Of a DNA stretch of 64,000 nucleotides, positions 50,795 through 61,250 are shown piece after piece. The notes beneath the pieces are model-generated. The model saw only the letters and a program-made list of their open reading frames with translations, did not search any database and was not told where the DNA came from. Source of the DNA: Fidelibacterota bacterium (lineage in GTDB: Bacteria > Fidelibacterota > Marinisomatia > Marinisomatales > TCS56); assembly GCA_043822705.1 (NCBI GenBank), contig JBDRBK010000070.1, forward strand, positions 1-64,000. Direction: 5' to 3'. Made by a program: the position numbers and the translations under genes. Each line of letters begins with the position of its first letter. The first letter of the stretch is position 1.

Positions 50795-51910
50795 ATGGAT
50801 AAACTGATGAAACAACCATTTACTGTCGGAGAAATCCGTGATCTGGGCCCCCAGTTCACGGTTAATCCTGATCGCATGGTAGGGCAGGACGGGGCCTATT
50901 CGATCCGCCTGCGCGATCGGACGTTGTGGTTTTTCGGCGATACGCTGGTGGGCGAGCGATCCACCGGCACGAGTCTGTGGTATATGGATGGAAAATCCAT
51001 CCGACCGCAGGCCCTTACCGAAGGCTGGAATAAGATCGATTCAATCGTGCACAATACCGGTGCACTGGTCGAAGATCGGACCGGCCGCGCTGGAATAGTT
51101 AACTTCCGGCACATCCGCGGACAGGACGGTAAATTAAAACAGCTGGTGAACCTGTTGCCTGGCGAAAATCATCTGACCGACCGCATCTGGTGTTTTCATG
51201 GCATCGAGCTCGCCGACAAATTGTACCTGTATTTTCAAAAAATTAAATTGATCCCTGCGGATGACAGTCCCTTTCCGGTGGCCTTTGAAGTCTATGGCTC
51301 CGGTCTATCAGTTGGGGATACCGATACCTGGGATTTCCGGCGAATTGAGTACCGGGGCTCAACGATTGTCTGGGACCACACCATGCCGCAATTCGGGGCG
51401 GTGGTCCTGGTGGTACCCGGAGACAGGTTTTTATACTTTTACGGTGTGCTGCGTGATAGCGGGACGGGCCAACAAAATGTTTATGTAGCCCGTGTGCCGG
51501 CGACTGAAATCGAAAATTTTGAATGCTATGAATACCTGAGCGATGCTGCAACCGGGCGATGGAGTGACGATATCCGTACTGCGCAGGTCGTTTTCACCGG
51601 ACCGCCTAATGAGTTATCGGTCGCCTACAATAAGTATCTGGAGTGCTACCTGACGGTACATTCACAGGATGTCAGCGGTGCAATCGTGGCCCGCACCAGT
51701 CCCAATCCCTGGGGACCGTGGAGTTCGCCGGTGCACCTGTTTCAGGTTCGACCGCCGGAAGTAAAAAGCCCCTATCCGGTGCTGATTTATGCCGCTAAAG
51801 AACATCCGGAACTGGCTGAGGCCGACGGGAAAAGGATTTATGTCACCTACATCGAATTTGAAGAATATTATCCCCACCTCCTGGAAATTGAACTGGTTCG
51901 TAAACACTAA
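50795..51910 (+). CDS. DUF4185/DUF5005-like beta-propeller protein (GH183-like), no signal peptide
   Basis: GQDGAYSI..WFFGDT, VYVARVP, NELSVAYN, PWGPWS, YAAKEHPEL. Confidence 0.7.
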   Translation: MDKLMKQPFTVGEIRDLGPQFTVNPDRMVGQDGAYSIRLRDRTLWFFGDTLVGERSTGTSLWYMDGKSIRPQALTEGWNKIDSIVHNTGALVEDRTGRAGIVNFRHIRGQDGKLKQLVNLLPGENHLTDRIWCFHGIELADKLYLYFQKIKLIPADDSPFPVAFEVYGSGLSVGDTDTWDFRRIEYRGSTIVWDHTMPQFGAVVLVVPGDRFLYFYGVLRDSGTGQQNVYVARVPATEIENFECYEYLSDAATGRWSDDIRTAQVVFTGPPNELSVAYNKYLECYLTVHSQDVSGAIVARTSPNPWGPWSSPVHLFQVRPPEVKSPYPVLIYAAKEHPELAEADGKRIYVTYIEFEEYYPHLLEIELVRKH

Positions 51911-51933
51911 ACCGAATTGATCTGTCACAAAAT

Positions 51934-54012
51934 ATGATACCAACCGTTGAAGATTTGAAAAGCGCACCACTGGTGCATCGCAATAATGATTTGTTCAACC
52001 CTCCGGGCCTGGCGAATGCTCTGGGAACGGTCCAGGTGGCCGAAGATATTACCGGTTTCCGCGGTGTATATTATCCGCCTTACGGTGGTTCGGAAGCAGT
52101 CACCGGAGGGCTGTACCTGGATGGCTGTTATTTCCCGGCTCTGTGTGTTCCCATAACATATATCTGGTATCCCGACCGGATTGTGCGAACAGCTGAATAT
52201 CGGGGCCTGTACCTGGAATCGATTACTTCGCTGGTGGTCGGCAAACAGGCGGTCATCGTCAGCTTGACGATCGAAAATCGCCGGGGCGAACCGGCACGGT
52301 TACCGGTCCAGCTACGCTTGCAGGGTAATGTAATCAAATCAATGGACAAATGGGCTAATTTTATAGCACCACAGGAATCTGATAATCTGGTCGACATCGA
52401 CCAGGGTCGACAGGCGCTGCTATTTAACTCGCGCCACAGCACCGCCTGTGCCCTGCAAGGATTCGACGCTGCCGATGTGAAAGTCAATCGCCTGGGCGGT
52501 GAACTGGTACTGGAACTGCAACCGGGAGAGCGGAGAACCATCTCGCTGGTATATGTGATCGGCGCGAGTGTGCGTGAAATCGGCCGGATTTACGACAGTA
52601 TTATTCACAACATCGACGGCCACCTGGAGCAAGCGCGTCAGGACTGGAATGATGAACTGGCCGCCGTTTTTATTCCCGGCAACGAGCGCTATTCCGGTTC
52701 GCTGCCGATTTTGTACACCGACGATGAAGCGATCCGCCGGTTGTATCTGACCGGCATTATGGGAATGATCTATTTTAAACGCGATAACCCCCATTCGGTT
52801 TATGGCCGTGCCTACGATACGTTGCTGCCGCGCTACTGGCAGACCGTAACTTTTATCTGGGACTATTCCATCAGCTCTATGGCGCATGCGTTGTTGGATC
52901 CGGCAGTAATGCGAAAGTACCTGGAGTACTGGATGGGGCTGGATACGCATAAACATTTCGGAACCGATTATCTCACCGGCGGGCCGGTTGGTCCCTGGTA
53001 CGCCGTCAATGATTTTGCCATGCTGTGGATGTCCAATGATTATCTGCGCTGGTCGGGCCAGCTTGATTGGCTGGACAGCACGGTCAGCCCCTGGCAAACG
53101 AACGGCGCTCCCGACCGCCAGGTACTCGACTATCTCAGCGAATACGCCGGCAGCTGGCGCAACTTCAAAGCTGACAGCGGTCTGGCCGATTACGGCGGGA
53201 TCGATAATCTGCTGGAATGCGTCAGCACCTATATCCACCAGGTGGCCAGTCTCAATGCCGGTAATGTTTTCAATCTGCGGTTCCTGGCCGGATTACTGGA
53301 AGCCCGGGGTGAAAAATCCGCAGCCGTACAGTTGCGAAGCGAAGCACAGGATCTGTTACGGAAAGTTCAGTCGCTATACGTTCCCGGTGGCGGTTACTGG
53401 AAAGCGCTGCATCCCGGTGGCGAGGCAGTGGAAGTCCGGCACTGTTACGATTTTATCACCACACTGAATACTATCGCCGACGATCTCACAAACGGGCAGA
53501 AGCGTGAAATGGCCCGGTATTTCCGGGAGGAATTGCAGACGGAAGTCTGGATGCGTGCCCTCTCGCCCCGGGATCAGGATGCGATTTTCAGCATCCGTCC
53601 GGATCACCAGTGGAATGGAGCCTATCCAGCCTGGCCGGCCCAGACCGCCAGCGGTCTCTATCGTCTGGGGGAGACCGAGCTGGCTTTCAACTGGCTGCAG
53701 GGACTGGCAGCATCCGCTAATCAGGGACCGTTCGGGCAGGCGCATTTTACCGAACAGTCAGCTCCCCGGGAAGCCGGTGGCGCTCTGAAATGTCCCCCGA
53801 ATATGCCTTACATCACCGACTGGGCGGTCTCATCGGGTGGTTGCTGGGTCAGCCTGATTATCGAATCAATTTTCGGCGTTAAAGCTACCATCCATGAAGG
53901 TATTACCGCCGTCCCGCAGTTCGGATCATTCGATCCGCGGGCCGAGCTGCACGATCTGCTTTACCAGGGGCGGCGCTATCATGTCGATCGTGAAGGCCTG
54001 AAAAAAGCATGA
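51934..54012 (+). CDS. Six-hairpin (alpha/alpha)6 glycosidase-like protein, family unassigned
   Basis: N-terminal beta-sandwich plus helical domain; FIWDY, YAVND, NLLEC, RPDHQWNGAYPAWP; no signal peptide. Confidence 0.6.
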   Translation: MIPTVEDLKSAPLVHRNNDLFNPPGLANALGTVQVAEDITGFRGVYYPPYGGSEAVTGGLYLDGCYFPALCVPITYIWYPDRIVRTAEYRGLYLESITSLVVGKQAVIVSLTIENRRGEPARLPVQLRLQGNVIKSMDKWANFIAPQESDNLVDIDQGRQALLFNSRHSTACALQGFDAADVKVNRLGGELVLELQPGERRTISLVYVIGASVREIGRIYDSIIHNIDGHLEQARQDWNDELAAVFIPGNERYSGSLPILYTDDEAIRRLYLTGIMGMIYFKRDNPHSVYGRAYDTLLPRYWQTVTFIWDYSISSMAHALLDPAVMRKYLEYWMGLDTHKHFGTDYLTGGPVGPWYAVNDFAMLWMSNDYLRWSGQLDWLDSTVSPWQTNGAPDRQVLDYLSEYAGSWRNFKADSGLADYGGIDNLLECVSTYIHQVASLNAGNVFNLRFLAGLLEARGEKSAAVQLRSEAQDLLRKVQSLYVPGGGYWKALHPGGEAVEVRHCYDFITTLNTIADDLTNGQKREMARYFREELQTEVWMRALSPRDQDAIFSIRPDHQWNGAYPAWPAQTASGLYRLGETELAFNWLQGLAASANQGPFGQAHFTEQSAPREAGGALKCPPNMPYITDWAVSSGGCWVSLIIESIFGVKATIHEGITAVPQFGSFDPRAELHDLLYQGRRYHVDREGLKKA

Positions 54013-55313
54013 TGGTAAATCTTATTGCAAGAGTGAAATTTACGCTGCAAGCACTGTCGATAATCTGCCTGGCCGCGATCGGTTTCGGCGGGTGTTTGAC
54101 TACCAAACAAATTGATGTTTCACAGGTGGACCGGACCATGCATGATGACAGATTCATTCAATTTCTAAACAACCTGGAACAATTATCCGACCCTCAGGAG
54201 CGCCAGCAGGCCGCCGACGATTTTATGGCCACTGTGACTGATACACCGTTGATAGAAAACGATTCCACCGTGGTGTTTCTGTATCAGGGAACCGTCGATA
54301 AAATCGGGATTACCGGGGATATGAATTTGTGGGATGGCGTTCTGCCGCTGGAACGGATAGGGGCTACCGATTTGTTCTATCGGCGGATTTCCTGTGATCC
54401 CGCCGCCCGGCTGGAATATTGGCTGATCCCCGAACCGGGCGATCCGTTCGCGGTCGATCCGTTAAATCCGTACCGAATCTGGAACGGCCTCGGACCGGTG
54501 TCGGAACTGGCCCTGCCTGGTTACCGCCGACATCCCTATTTCAACGACTATCAGTATGGTAAAAAATGGGATTGCTCCACGCTCGACGCACTCGAACTGC
54601 CGCCGGGTGTAATGTCATATCCGCATCAGGTTCATGTTCACCTGCCGCCGGGTTATGACCGGAACGACCGGAAATATCCGACGGTCTACATTCAGGATGG
54701 TCTGGATTATGCCGAATTTGCCATCGTGCCGGCGGTGCTGGACCAGTTGACGGCCGATGGACGCATCGAACCGGTGATCGCCGTTTTTGTGACGCCGCCT
54801 AACCGCCACCAGCCGAAAATGCCCAACCGGATGACCGAATACGGCCTCAACGATGATTATGTGACTTTCTTCTGTGATGAACTGGTACCGGAAATTGAAC
54901 GACGCTACCGGGTTGAATCCGATCCCGGCCGAAGGCTGGTGGTTGGCGATTCTTTTGGCGGACTGATTTCACTCTACATCGGCTTTGAACGACCCGATGT
55001 TTTCGGTCTGGCCTATAGCCAGTCCGGATATCAGTCGTTTCAGGATGACCGGGTTATCAAAAAGATTGCCACGGCCGAACACCAGCCGGTCCGCCTGTAT
55101 ATCGACGTCGGTCTGTACGAAGAGAAAGTTGGCGTTGGCCTGCTGCCGCTGGCGGAAACCGATTTTCTGGCGGCTAATCGCCGTCTACGGCAGGTTCTCA
55201 CTGAAAAAGGCTATGATTTCGTTTACCGGGAATACCCCGAGGGACATACCTGGGGAAACTGGCGCCGGCATCTGATTGACAGCCTGATCCATTTTTTCGG
55301 AACCGGAAATTAA
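54009..55313 (+). CDS. Alpha/beta-hydrolase esterase (Fes/CE1-like), probable lipoprotein
   Basis: FGGC lipobox-like; HLPPGY; QDG; GDSFGG nucleophile elbow; EGHTWGNWR. Confidence 0.85.
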   Translation: MMVNLIARVKFTLQALSIICLAAIGFGGCLTTKQIDVSQVDRTMHDDRFIQFLNNLEQLSDPQERQQAADDFMATVTDTPLIENDSTVVFLYQGTVDKIGITGDMNLWDGVLPLERIGATDLFYRRISCDPAARLEYWLIPEPGDPFAVDPLNPYRIWNGLGPVSELALPGYRRHPYFNDYQYGKKWDCSTLDALELPPGVMSYPHQVHVHLPPGYDRNDRKYPTVYIQDGLDYAEFAIVPAVLDQLTADGRIEPVIAVFVTPPNRHQPKMPNRMTEYGLNDDYVTFFCDELVPEIERRYRVESDPGRRLVVGDSFGGLISLYIGFERPDVFGLAYSQSGYQSFQDDRVIKKIATAEHQPVRLYIDVGLYEEKVGVGLLPLAETDFLAANRRLRQVLTEKGYDFVYREYPEGHTWGNWRRHLIDSLIHFFGTGN

Positions 55314-55326
55314 GCGGGAGCGAGCG

Positions 55327-56235
55327 ATGCGGATCGGAATCGACTTCGGCGGCACCAATCTGAAAATCGGTGTTTTTTCCCTGGATGGAAAAACGGTCAC
55401 CTTTGAGGAATTGAAGGTCGACGAATTGGCGGCCGGCGGTGATTTCGCCGGTAGATTGCTGGAACAAACACTCCGTTTCGCGGAGCGATATCCCTTGAAA
55501 GGCGGCGGATTAGCAGCCAAAGGACTGGTGGATACGCACACCGGTATCATCCTAGAGGATATCGGGGCCGGCGAACTGCTCGCCGGTTTACCGATGCGCG
55601 ATATTTTTACCAATCGCCTGGGAATTCCGTTTATTGTCGAAAATGACGCCCGATCATATGCCTGGGGCGAAGCTCGCTTCGGCGCCGGCCGCGGTTTCAA
55701 GGTGGTTGTTTGCCTGACCTTGGGCACCGGACTGGGCAGTGCGCTGGTCAAGGATGGTATGCCCTACGAGGGTTCCGATCCCCTGGGGGGCTTGCTGGGC
55801 GGGCATATCAGCGTCGATCGCAATGGTCCCCAATGTGTCTGCGGGAATCGTGGCTGTCTGGAATTGTACTGTTCCGCCACCGCGCTGCGCCGGATCATCA
55901 GCGAACGGCACCCGGAACTGCTGACCGACGGCGATCCGTTGCCGGATTTCTTCGAGTCGGCCGACCGAATACCAGCCCGGCGTGCTACCTTCAATGAGTT
56001 TCTGGATAACCTGGCAATTGGGGTGGTGAATGTGATTCATGCCTACGGACCGGAGGCGGTCGTGCTGGGCGGGGGCGTACTGAACAGTGCGGCGATAATT
56101 CTGCCGGGATTAATTGAACGGGTGGGCCGGATGGCTTGGACATTTCCACGGGGGAAGATAAAGATACTGCCGTCGGAACTCGGGAACCGGGCCGCCGCTC
56201 TAGGCGTCGCCTTCCACCCACGACTGGGTATTTAA
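55327..56235 (+). CDS. ROK-family sugar kinase
   Basis: IGIDFGGT, ENDAR, LGTGLG, GH..CxCGNRGCLE. Confidence 0.93.
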   Translation: MRIGIDFGGTNLKIGVFSLDGKTVTFEELKVDELAAGGDFAGRLLEQTLRFAERYPLKGGGLAAKGLVDTHTGIILEDIGAGELLAGLPMRDIFTNRLGIPFIVENDARSYAWGEARFGAGRGFKVVVCLTLGTGLGSALVKDGMPYEGSDPLGGLLGGHISVDRNGPQCVCGNRGCLELYCSATALRRIISERHPELLTDGDPLPDFFESADRIPARRATFNEFLDNLAIGVVNVIHAYGPEAVVLGGGVLNSAAIILPGLIERVGRMAWTFPRGKIKILPSELGNRAAALGVAFHPRLGI

Positions 56236-56254
56236 CCGGAAATAGAAAAGGTAT

Positions 56255-58108
56255 TTGATTTTGGCGAAATTGACTGTTAAAACGGACCCGCTGGCGACAC
56301 CATTGCCGGCGGATATGCGGGAATACTCACGGGGGTTGTACAATTGTTTTCCGACTTTTCCACTAGACGGAGGCATTTCCAGCGGTTATAGCGGTCTGGC
56401 GGAATTGATCGCCGCCGAATGTAAAATTGGTCGGCAAGTGCTGGTGATCGACGGCTATAACGGTGTCGATTGGGAGATATTTCGTCAGAATCTGGCGGAG
56501 GAACTGGCGGTGCTGGACATTACCTCCGACTGGACCTCCATGTCGGATTGCCGGCAGGAGTCCGGGACAATCAGGCGACAACTGGAACCATTCCTAGGCG
56601 GGGATGATCCTCTGTTCGGAACGCATTATCCGTATGGGCCGGAAGTATTTTTTGACGCGGCCACAATTGCCGAACTACGGATCGAAGCCACCATTCGGCG
56701 GGAAGTCAAGACCAACGGTATCAGCATTATTTATGGATGTGGTGCCGGACTGGTGGAACAGTGGGACCAGCTCTGGTATATTGATATTCCCAAGGACGTG
56801 CTGCAGGAACAGGCACGCTCGGGCAGTCTGACTAATTTGGGTGAGCCCCGGCCGGTCGGCTTCGGAAAATTCTATAAACGTTCTTATTTTGTGGATTGGC
56901 CGGCCCAGAACCGCCAGAAACGTATTTTACTGCCCCGGATCGACCTGCTGGTCGACTTGCAGAATCCCGTTGCACCGGCTTTCATGACCGGTAACCGGTT
57001 CCGGGATGCCTTGAAAATTATTGCCCGTTCGCCATTCCGGGTTCGTCCCTGGTTTTATCCCGGTCCCTGGGGTGGCAAGTATATGCAGGGGCATATGGGA
57101 CTCGATCCGGAGCGTCCCAATTTTGCCTGGAGTTTTGAACTGATCGCGCCGGAAAACGGCATCACCGTCGAGGCGGATGGTCGGCAGCTGGAGTTTTCAT
57201 TCGATTTCCTGATGTACCAGGAAAACATCCGGGTTTTGGGTGACGCCGCCGCCCGCAAATTCCTTTATGAGTGGCCGATCCGGCTCGATTATCTGGATAC
57301 GATCGACGGCGGTAATCTGTCGACCCAGGTACATCCGCGGCCGGATTACATCCGCCGGAATTTCGGGGAAACCTACACCCAGGACGAGACCTATTATATC
57401 GCCAATGCCAAGCCGGGAGCACGCGTTTATGTGGGACTGACCGAAGATTGCGACCAGGATGAATTCAGAGCCAGTCTGGAAGAGTCGGAAACAGCGGGTA
57501 AGCAGGTCGAAATTGATAAATATGTCAACAGTGTGCCGGTGCGACCGCACGACCTGATCATGATTCCCAATGGCACCGTACATTGCAGCGGCGCTGGCAA
57601 CCTGGTTCTGGAAATCAGCGCCACACCGTACATCTTTACTTTCAAAATTTATGATTACCTGCGTCGTGATCTTGATGGTAACCTGCGGCCGATGAATATT
57701 CGTCGGGCATTTGAAAATATTCGTCCCGAACGGCGGACCGCTTTTATCCGCGATAATTATCTGGCCCGGCCGCGGCTGATTGCTGAAGGGGCTGGCTGGC
57801 GTATGATGGAATTGTACGATCGGCCCGAGACGTTTTACGTCATTCATCGGCTGGAATTTGACGGTATGGTGGAATTGAATACCAGTGGCGCGGCCTATGC
57901 GATCAATCTGGTCGATGGTGAAAAGATCGAACTACTGACCACCGACGGTTTTTCAACCGGGCTGGCACGATTCGAATCGATGGTGGTGCCGGCGGTTGTG
58001 GGCAGCTACCGGGTGATAAATCGCGGTCACCGGCCGGCCCAACTGGTGCTGGTGTTCGTGCGCCCGGAAAGCATGACCAACAAGGCTTTGAATGATCCCT
58101 GTGACTAA
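56255..58108 (+). CDS. Class I mannose-6-phosphate isomerase-like cupin protein with N-terminal extension
   Basis: PGPWGG, LSTQVHP, QDETYY, IPNGTVH, EISATP, YDYLR; start uncertain. Confidence 0.8.
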   Translation: MILAKLTVKTDPLATPLPADMREYSRGLYNCFPTFPLDGGISSGYSGLAELIAAECKIGRQVLVIDGYNGVDWEIFRQNLAEELAVLDITSDWTSMSDCRQESGTIRRQLEPFLGGDDPLFGTHYPYGPEVFFDAATIAELRIEATIRREVKTNGISIIYGCGAGLVEQWDQLWYIDIPKDVLQEQARSGSLTNLGEPRPVGFGKFYKRSYFVDWPAQNRQKRILLPRIDLLVDLQNPVAPAFMTGNRFRDALKIIARSPFRVRPWFYPGPWGGKYMQGHMGLDPERPNFAWSFELIAPENGITVEADGRQLEFSFDFLMYQENIRVLGDAAARKFLYEWPIRLDYLDTIDGGNLSTQVHPRPDYIRRNFGETYTQDETYYIANAKPGARVYVGLTEDCDQDEFRASLEESETAGKQVEIDKYVNSVPVRPHDLIMIPNGTVHCSGAGNLVLEISATPYIFTFKIYDYLRRDLDGNLRPMNIRRAFENIRPERRTAFIRDNYLARPRLIAEGAGWRMMELYDRPETFYVIHRLEFDGMVELNTSGAAYAINLVDGEKIELLTTDGFSTGLARFESMVVPAVVGSYRVINRGHRPAQLVLVFVRPESMTNKALNDPCD

Positions 58109-58120
58109 TTCATTAAAAAT

Positions 58121-59233
58121 ATGGATAGTAGTATGACCAACACGGATTCGAGGGCAGCTTTTGTAAGTCTACGGCATATCGAAAAATATTACGACCGTAA
58201 TCCGGTCCTGCACGATATCAATCTGGACATTGCCGAGGGGGAATTTGTAGTGCTGGTCGGTCCGTCCGGATGCGGAAAATCCACGACGTTGCGCATTATT
58301 GCCGGTCTGGAAGAAATCTCCAGCGGCGATTTATTCATCAATGGAAGGTTGATGAATGCGGTCGCGCCGAAGGATCGCGACATCGCGATGGTATTCCAGA
58401 ATTATGCCCTGTACCCGCATATGAGCGTTTATAAGAATATGGCTTTCGGACTGAAGCTGCGAAAATTTCCCAATACGGAAATCGATTCCCGGGTGCGCGA
58501 AACGGCCGCCATCCTTGGCCTGGAAAATTATCTGGATCGGCGCCCCAAGGAATTATCCGGTGGTGAGCGTCAGCGGGTGGCGCTGGGTCGGGCGATCGTC
58601 CGCAAACCGAATGTGTTTCTGTTCGATGAACCGCTGTCCAACCTGGACGCCAAGCTACGGGTTCAGATGCGCACTGAAATCAAGAAACTGCACAAACAGC
58701 TCAAGACGACCATGGTTTATGTGACCCACGACCAGGTGGAGGCGATGACCATGGGTGACCGGGTAGTGGTCATGGAAAACGGTTATATCCGGCAGACCGG
58801 TTCGCCGCTTGATATCTACCGTAAACCATTAAACAGATTCGTCGCCGGATTTATCGGATCGCCACCGATGAATCTGATCCGGCTGCGGATTGCGGCAAGT
58901 CCGCAGCCCTGTCTAATCGGCGACGATATCCGGTTGGAACTACCTGATTCCTTGGCCGGTCTTGTTAAGGACCGCATAGGTGAATCGGTGACAGCCGGCA
59001 TACGACCGGAGGATCTCAAGTTGACCAGTGGTACCGGCGACCTGCTCGCCCGGGTTTCCGTTACCGAATTGCTGGGCAGCGAATCGAACCTGCATGTATC
59101 CGTCGGTGAAACCGCCCTGGTGGCACGGGTTGCCGCTGAATTCAAATTCGAAATCGGCGCGGCAGTCCAGTTGACGGTCGATACCGCTAAACTGCATCTG
59201 TTTGCCGAATCGGATGGAAACCGAATCAATTGA
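58121..59233 (+). CDS. Sugar ABC transporter ATP-binding protein (MalK/UgpC family)
   Basis: GPSGCGKST, LSGGERQRVALGR, DEPLSNLDAKLR; TOBE C-terminus. Confidence 0.95.
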   Translation: MDSSMTNTDSRAAFVSLRHIEKYYDRNPVLHDINLDIAEGEFVVLVGPSGCGKSTTLRIIAGLEEISSGDLFINGRLMNAVAPKDRDIAMVFQNYALYPHMSVYKNMAFGLKLRKFPNTEIDSRVRETAAILGLENYLDRRPKELSGGERQRVALGRAIVRKPNVFLFDEPLSNLDAKLRVQMRTEIKKLHKQLKTTMVYVTHDQVEAMTMGDRVVVMENGYIRQTGSPLDIYRKPLNRFVAGFIGSPPMNLIRLRIAASPQPCLIGDDIRLELPDSLAGLVKDRIGESVTAGIRPEDLKLTSGTGDLLARVSVTELLGSESNLHVSVGETALVARVAAEFKFEIGAAVQLTVDTAKLHLFAESDGNRIN

Positions 59234-59263
59234 TTCCAACTATGAGTGCATCGGAATGGAAAT

Positions 59264-61225
59264 ATGAATGTTGAACGCTGGAAAAATGCGACTCTTGTGC
59301 AATCGCTCGTTTGTTTCCTGGCGCTACTTATGATCAGCGGTTGCCGCTTTGATCTAATCGACCAGCCGGACAGCGCACAACCCGGAGCAACGATCGACAT
59401 TACCGTAAAAATATCCGACAGTATCGACGAAACCAATAATCCCCACAAAGGCATTCTGTGCGTCCTGTTACCTATCGACTGGAATATCATTAGTGCCACT
59501 TACAGCGGTGATATCGGTAGTGGCATCATGGAACCCTCCGACCAGTGGGCGGACACGGCGGAATTTCATTACCCTGCCGCCAGATACACCGGCAATATGC
59601 ATTGGGTGGGTCTGATATCCGACAGTGGCTACACTTACAGCGGCAATCCGTCGGTGACAATTGCACTGAACGTGCAGGTCGGGACCACGCAGGGCTGTTT
59701 TGACCTGGCTTATCTGGCGACCAAGGCCACCGGCGGGATTATGGGCTGGTCGCCACTCGCGTATCCGAATCGGATTGGTGTGCCGACGAGCTGTCAACCG
59801 GTCCCGGAATATAAGGTCAGTACCGCCGACGACTGGAGTGACCTGTTCGATCGTTCCAGTGGTTGGACCGGTTCGGACGCCGTCTACTCGATCCCCCTGT
59901 CCGGGTACGACCGTGCCGATGATCCTGATTACCGGGGCACCCTGTTCCTCTTCGGCGACACATTTATCGGTGATGTGGACGAGAATGACAAGCGCCTGAA
60001 TCCCCGGCTGATTCGAAACACGGCGGCGCTGGTGCGCAGCCGAACCGCCGATCCCGACAGTACCGATTTTATCTGGAGGACGGAGCCCGACGGCGACCCG
60101 GTTCATGTCTTCGCCGCTGATACCCCCGAATCCCAGCCCGGTGACTGGATCTGGCCCATGGATGGCATCGCCATCGGTGGCATAACATATGTTTACGGAC
60201 TACGGTTAAGCGAAGACAAGACAACCGGTTGGGGATTCCAACTGGCCGGTGTAACGCTGATCAGTTTTCTGACCGATTCACTGCCGGCGATCAGCAATCC
60301 GGAGCAGGTCGACCTGCCGTTTTTTGACATTGACACCGTGGCCGGATATCAGGCGGTTATCGGCCAGGCGGTGCTGGACATGACGGCCGGTTCCGGCAAT
60401 CCGGGAGCCGACGGCTACATTTATGTTTACGGTCCCCGCAGTTACAGCGCCCAGAAAAAAATGATCGTCGCCCGCGTGCTGCCGGAACATATCCGTGAGC
60501 CGCAGCAATACCGGTTCTGGGACGGCTGCGAATGGACCGCTGATATCAAAGCCAGCGCCGAGTTGGCCGGCAGTATTTCGCAGGAATTCAGTGTCACGCC
60601 GCTCGATGACGGACGGTTCATCATTGTGTTTAATTACGGTACCAGTGTCGGAATAAATTTTGGAGAAAGTCCGGTGGGACCCTTCGGTTTTCCGCAGAAT
60701 ATTTACGCCTGTCCGGAAATTGAACTGAATTCCAATATTTTCGTCTACAACGCCAAGGCCCACCCGCATCTATCCTTGCCGGGAACACTGCTGATCAGTT
60801 ACAATGTCAACACCTTCAGCCTGAGCGACCTGTTGAACCAGGCCGATATCTACCGGCCGCGATTTATTACTTTGCACCTGGACAGCGCCACGGTCGGGAT
60901 CACCGCTGAAACGCCTGATGTGTTACCGCAGTTGGTCGATCTGGGGCAGAATTACCCTAATCCGTTTAATCCCTCCACCAGTATTAATTACCACCTGAGC
61001 CGGGATGCGCAGGTTAGTCTGGTAATAGTGGATCTGCGAGGCCGGGAAATCTGCACTCTAATAGACTGCCGGCAGTCGGCTGGTAATCTGCAGGTGCAGT
61101 GGGACGGCTGTGATTCCCGCGGTATTCCGGTCGCCGCCGGTGTCTATCTGTACCGGATTTCGGCCACGGCCCTGTCGACGGGTCTAACCCAGCAGTCGAC
61201 CCGGAAAATGATTTTAATTAAATAA
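59264..61225 (+). CDS. Secreted DUF4185/DUF5005-like protein with shared N-domain and T9SS sorting domain
   Basis: ISGC lipobox-like; GWTGSDAVYSI..LFGDTF; YNAKAHPHL; QNYPNPFNPST CTD. Confidence 0.75.
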   Translation: MNVERWKNATLVQSLVCFLALLMISGCRFDLIDQPDSAQPGATIDITVKISDSIDETNNPHKGILCVLLPIDWNIISATYSGDIGSGIMEPSDQWADTAEFHYPAARYTGNMHWVGLISDSGYTYSGNPSVTIALNVQVGTTQGCFDLAYLATKATGGIMGWSPLAYPNRIGVPTSCQPVPEYKVSTADDWSDLFDRSSGWTGSDAVYSIPLSGYDRADDPDYRGTLFLFGDTFIGDVDENDKRLNPRLIRNTAALVRSRTADPDSTDFIWRTEPDGDPVHVFAADTPESQPGDWIWPMDGIAIGGITYVYGLRLSEDKTTGWGFQLAGVTLISFLTDSLPAISNPEQVDLPFFDIDTVAGYQAVIGQAVLDMTAGSGNPGADGYIYVYGPRSYSAQKKMIVARVLPEHIREPQQYRFWDGCEWTADIKASAELAGSISQEFSVTPLDDGRFIIVFNYGTSVGINFGESPVGPFGFPQNIYACPEIELNSNIFVYNAKAHPHLSLPGTLLISYNVNTFSLSDLLNQADIYRPRFITLHLDSATVGITAETPDVLPQLVDLGQNYPNPFNPSTSINYHLSRDAQVSLVIVDLRGREICTLIDCRQSAGNLQVQWDGCDSRGIPVAAGVYLYRISATALSTGLTQQSTRKMILIK

Positions 61226-61250
61226 TTGCTACGGAATTCGGAAATCACCA

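Noticed and set aside
15574..53238. Long minus-strand ORFs (e.g. 15574-16344, 19848-20585, 52420-53238)
   Set aside because: Antisense shadows of well-supported plus-strand genes with no recognisable domains
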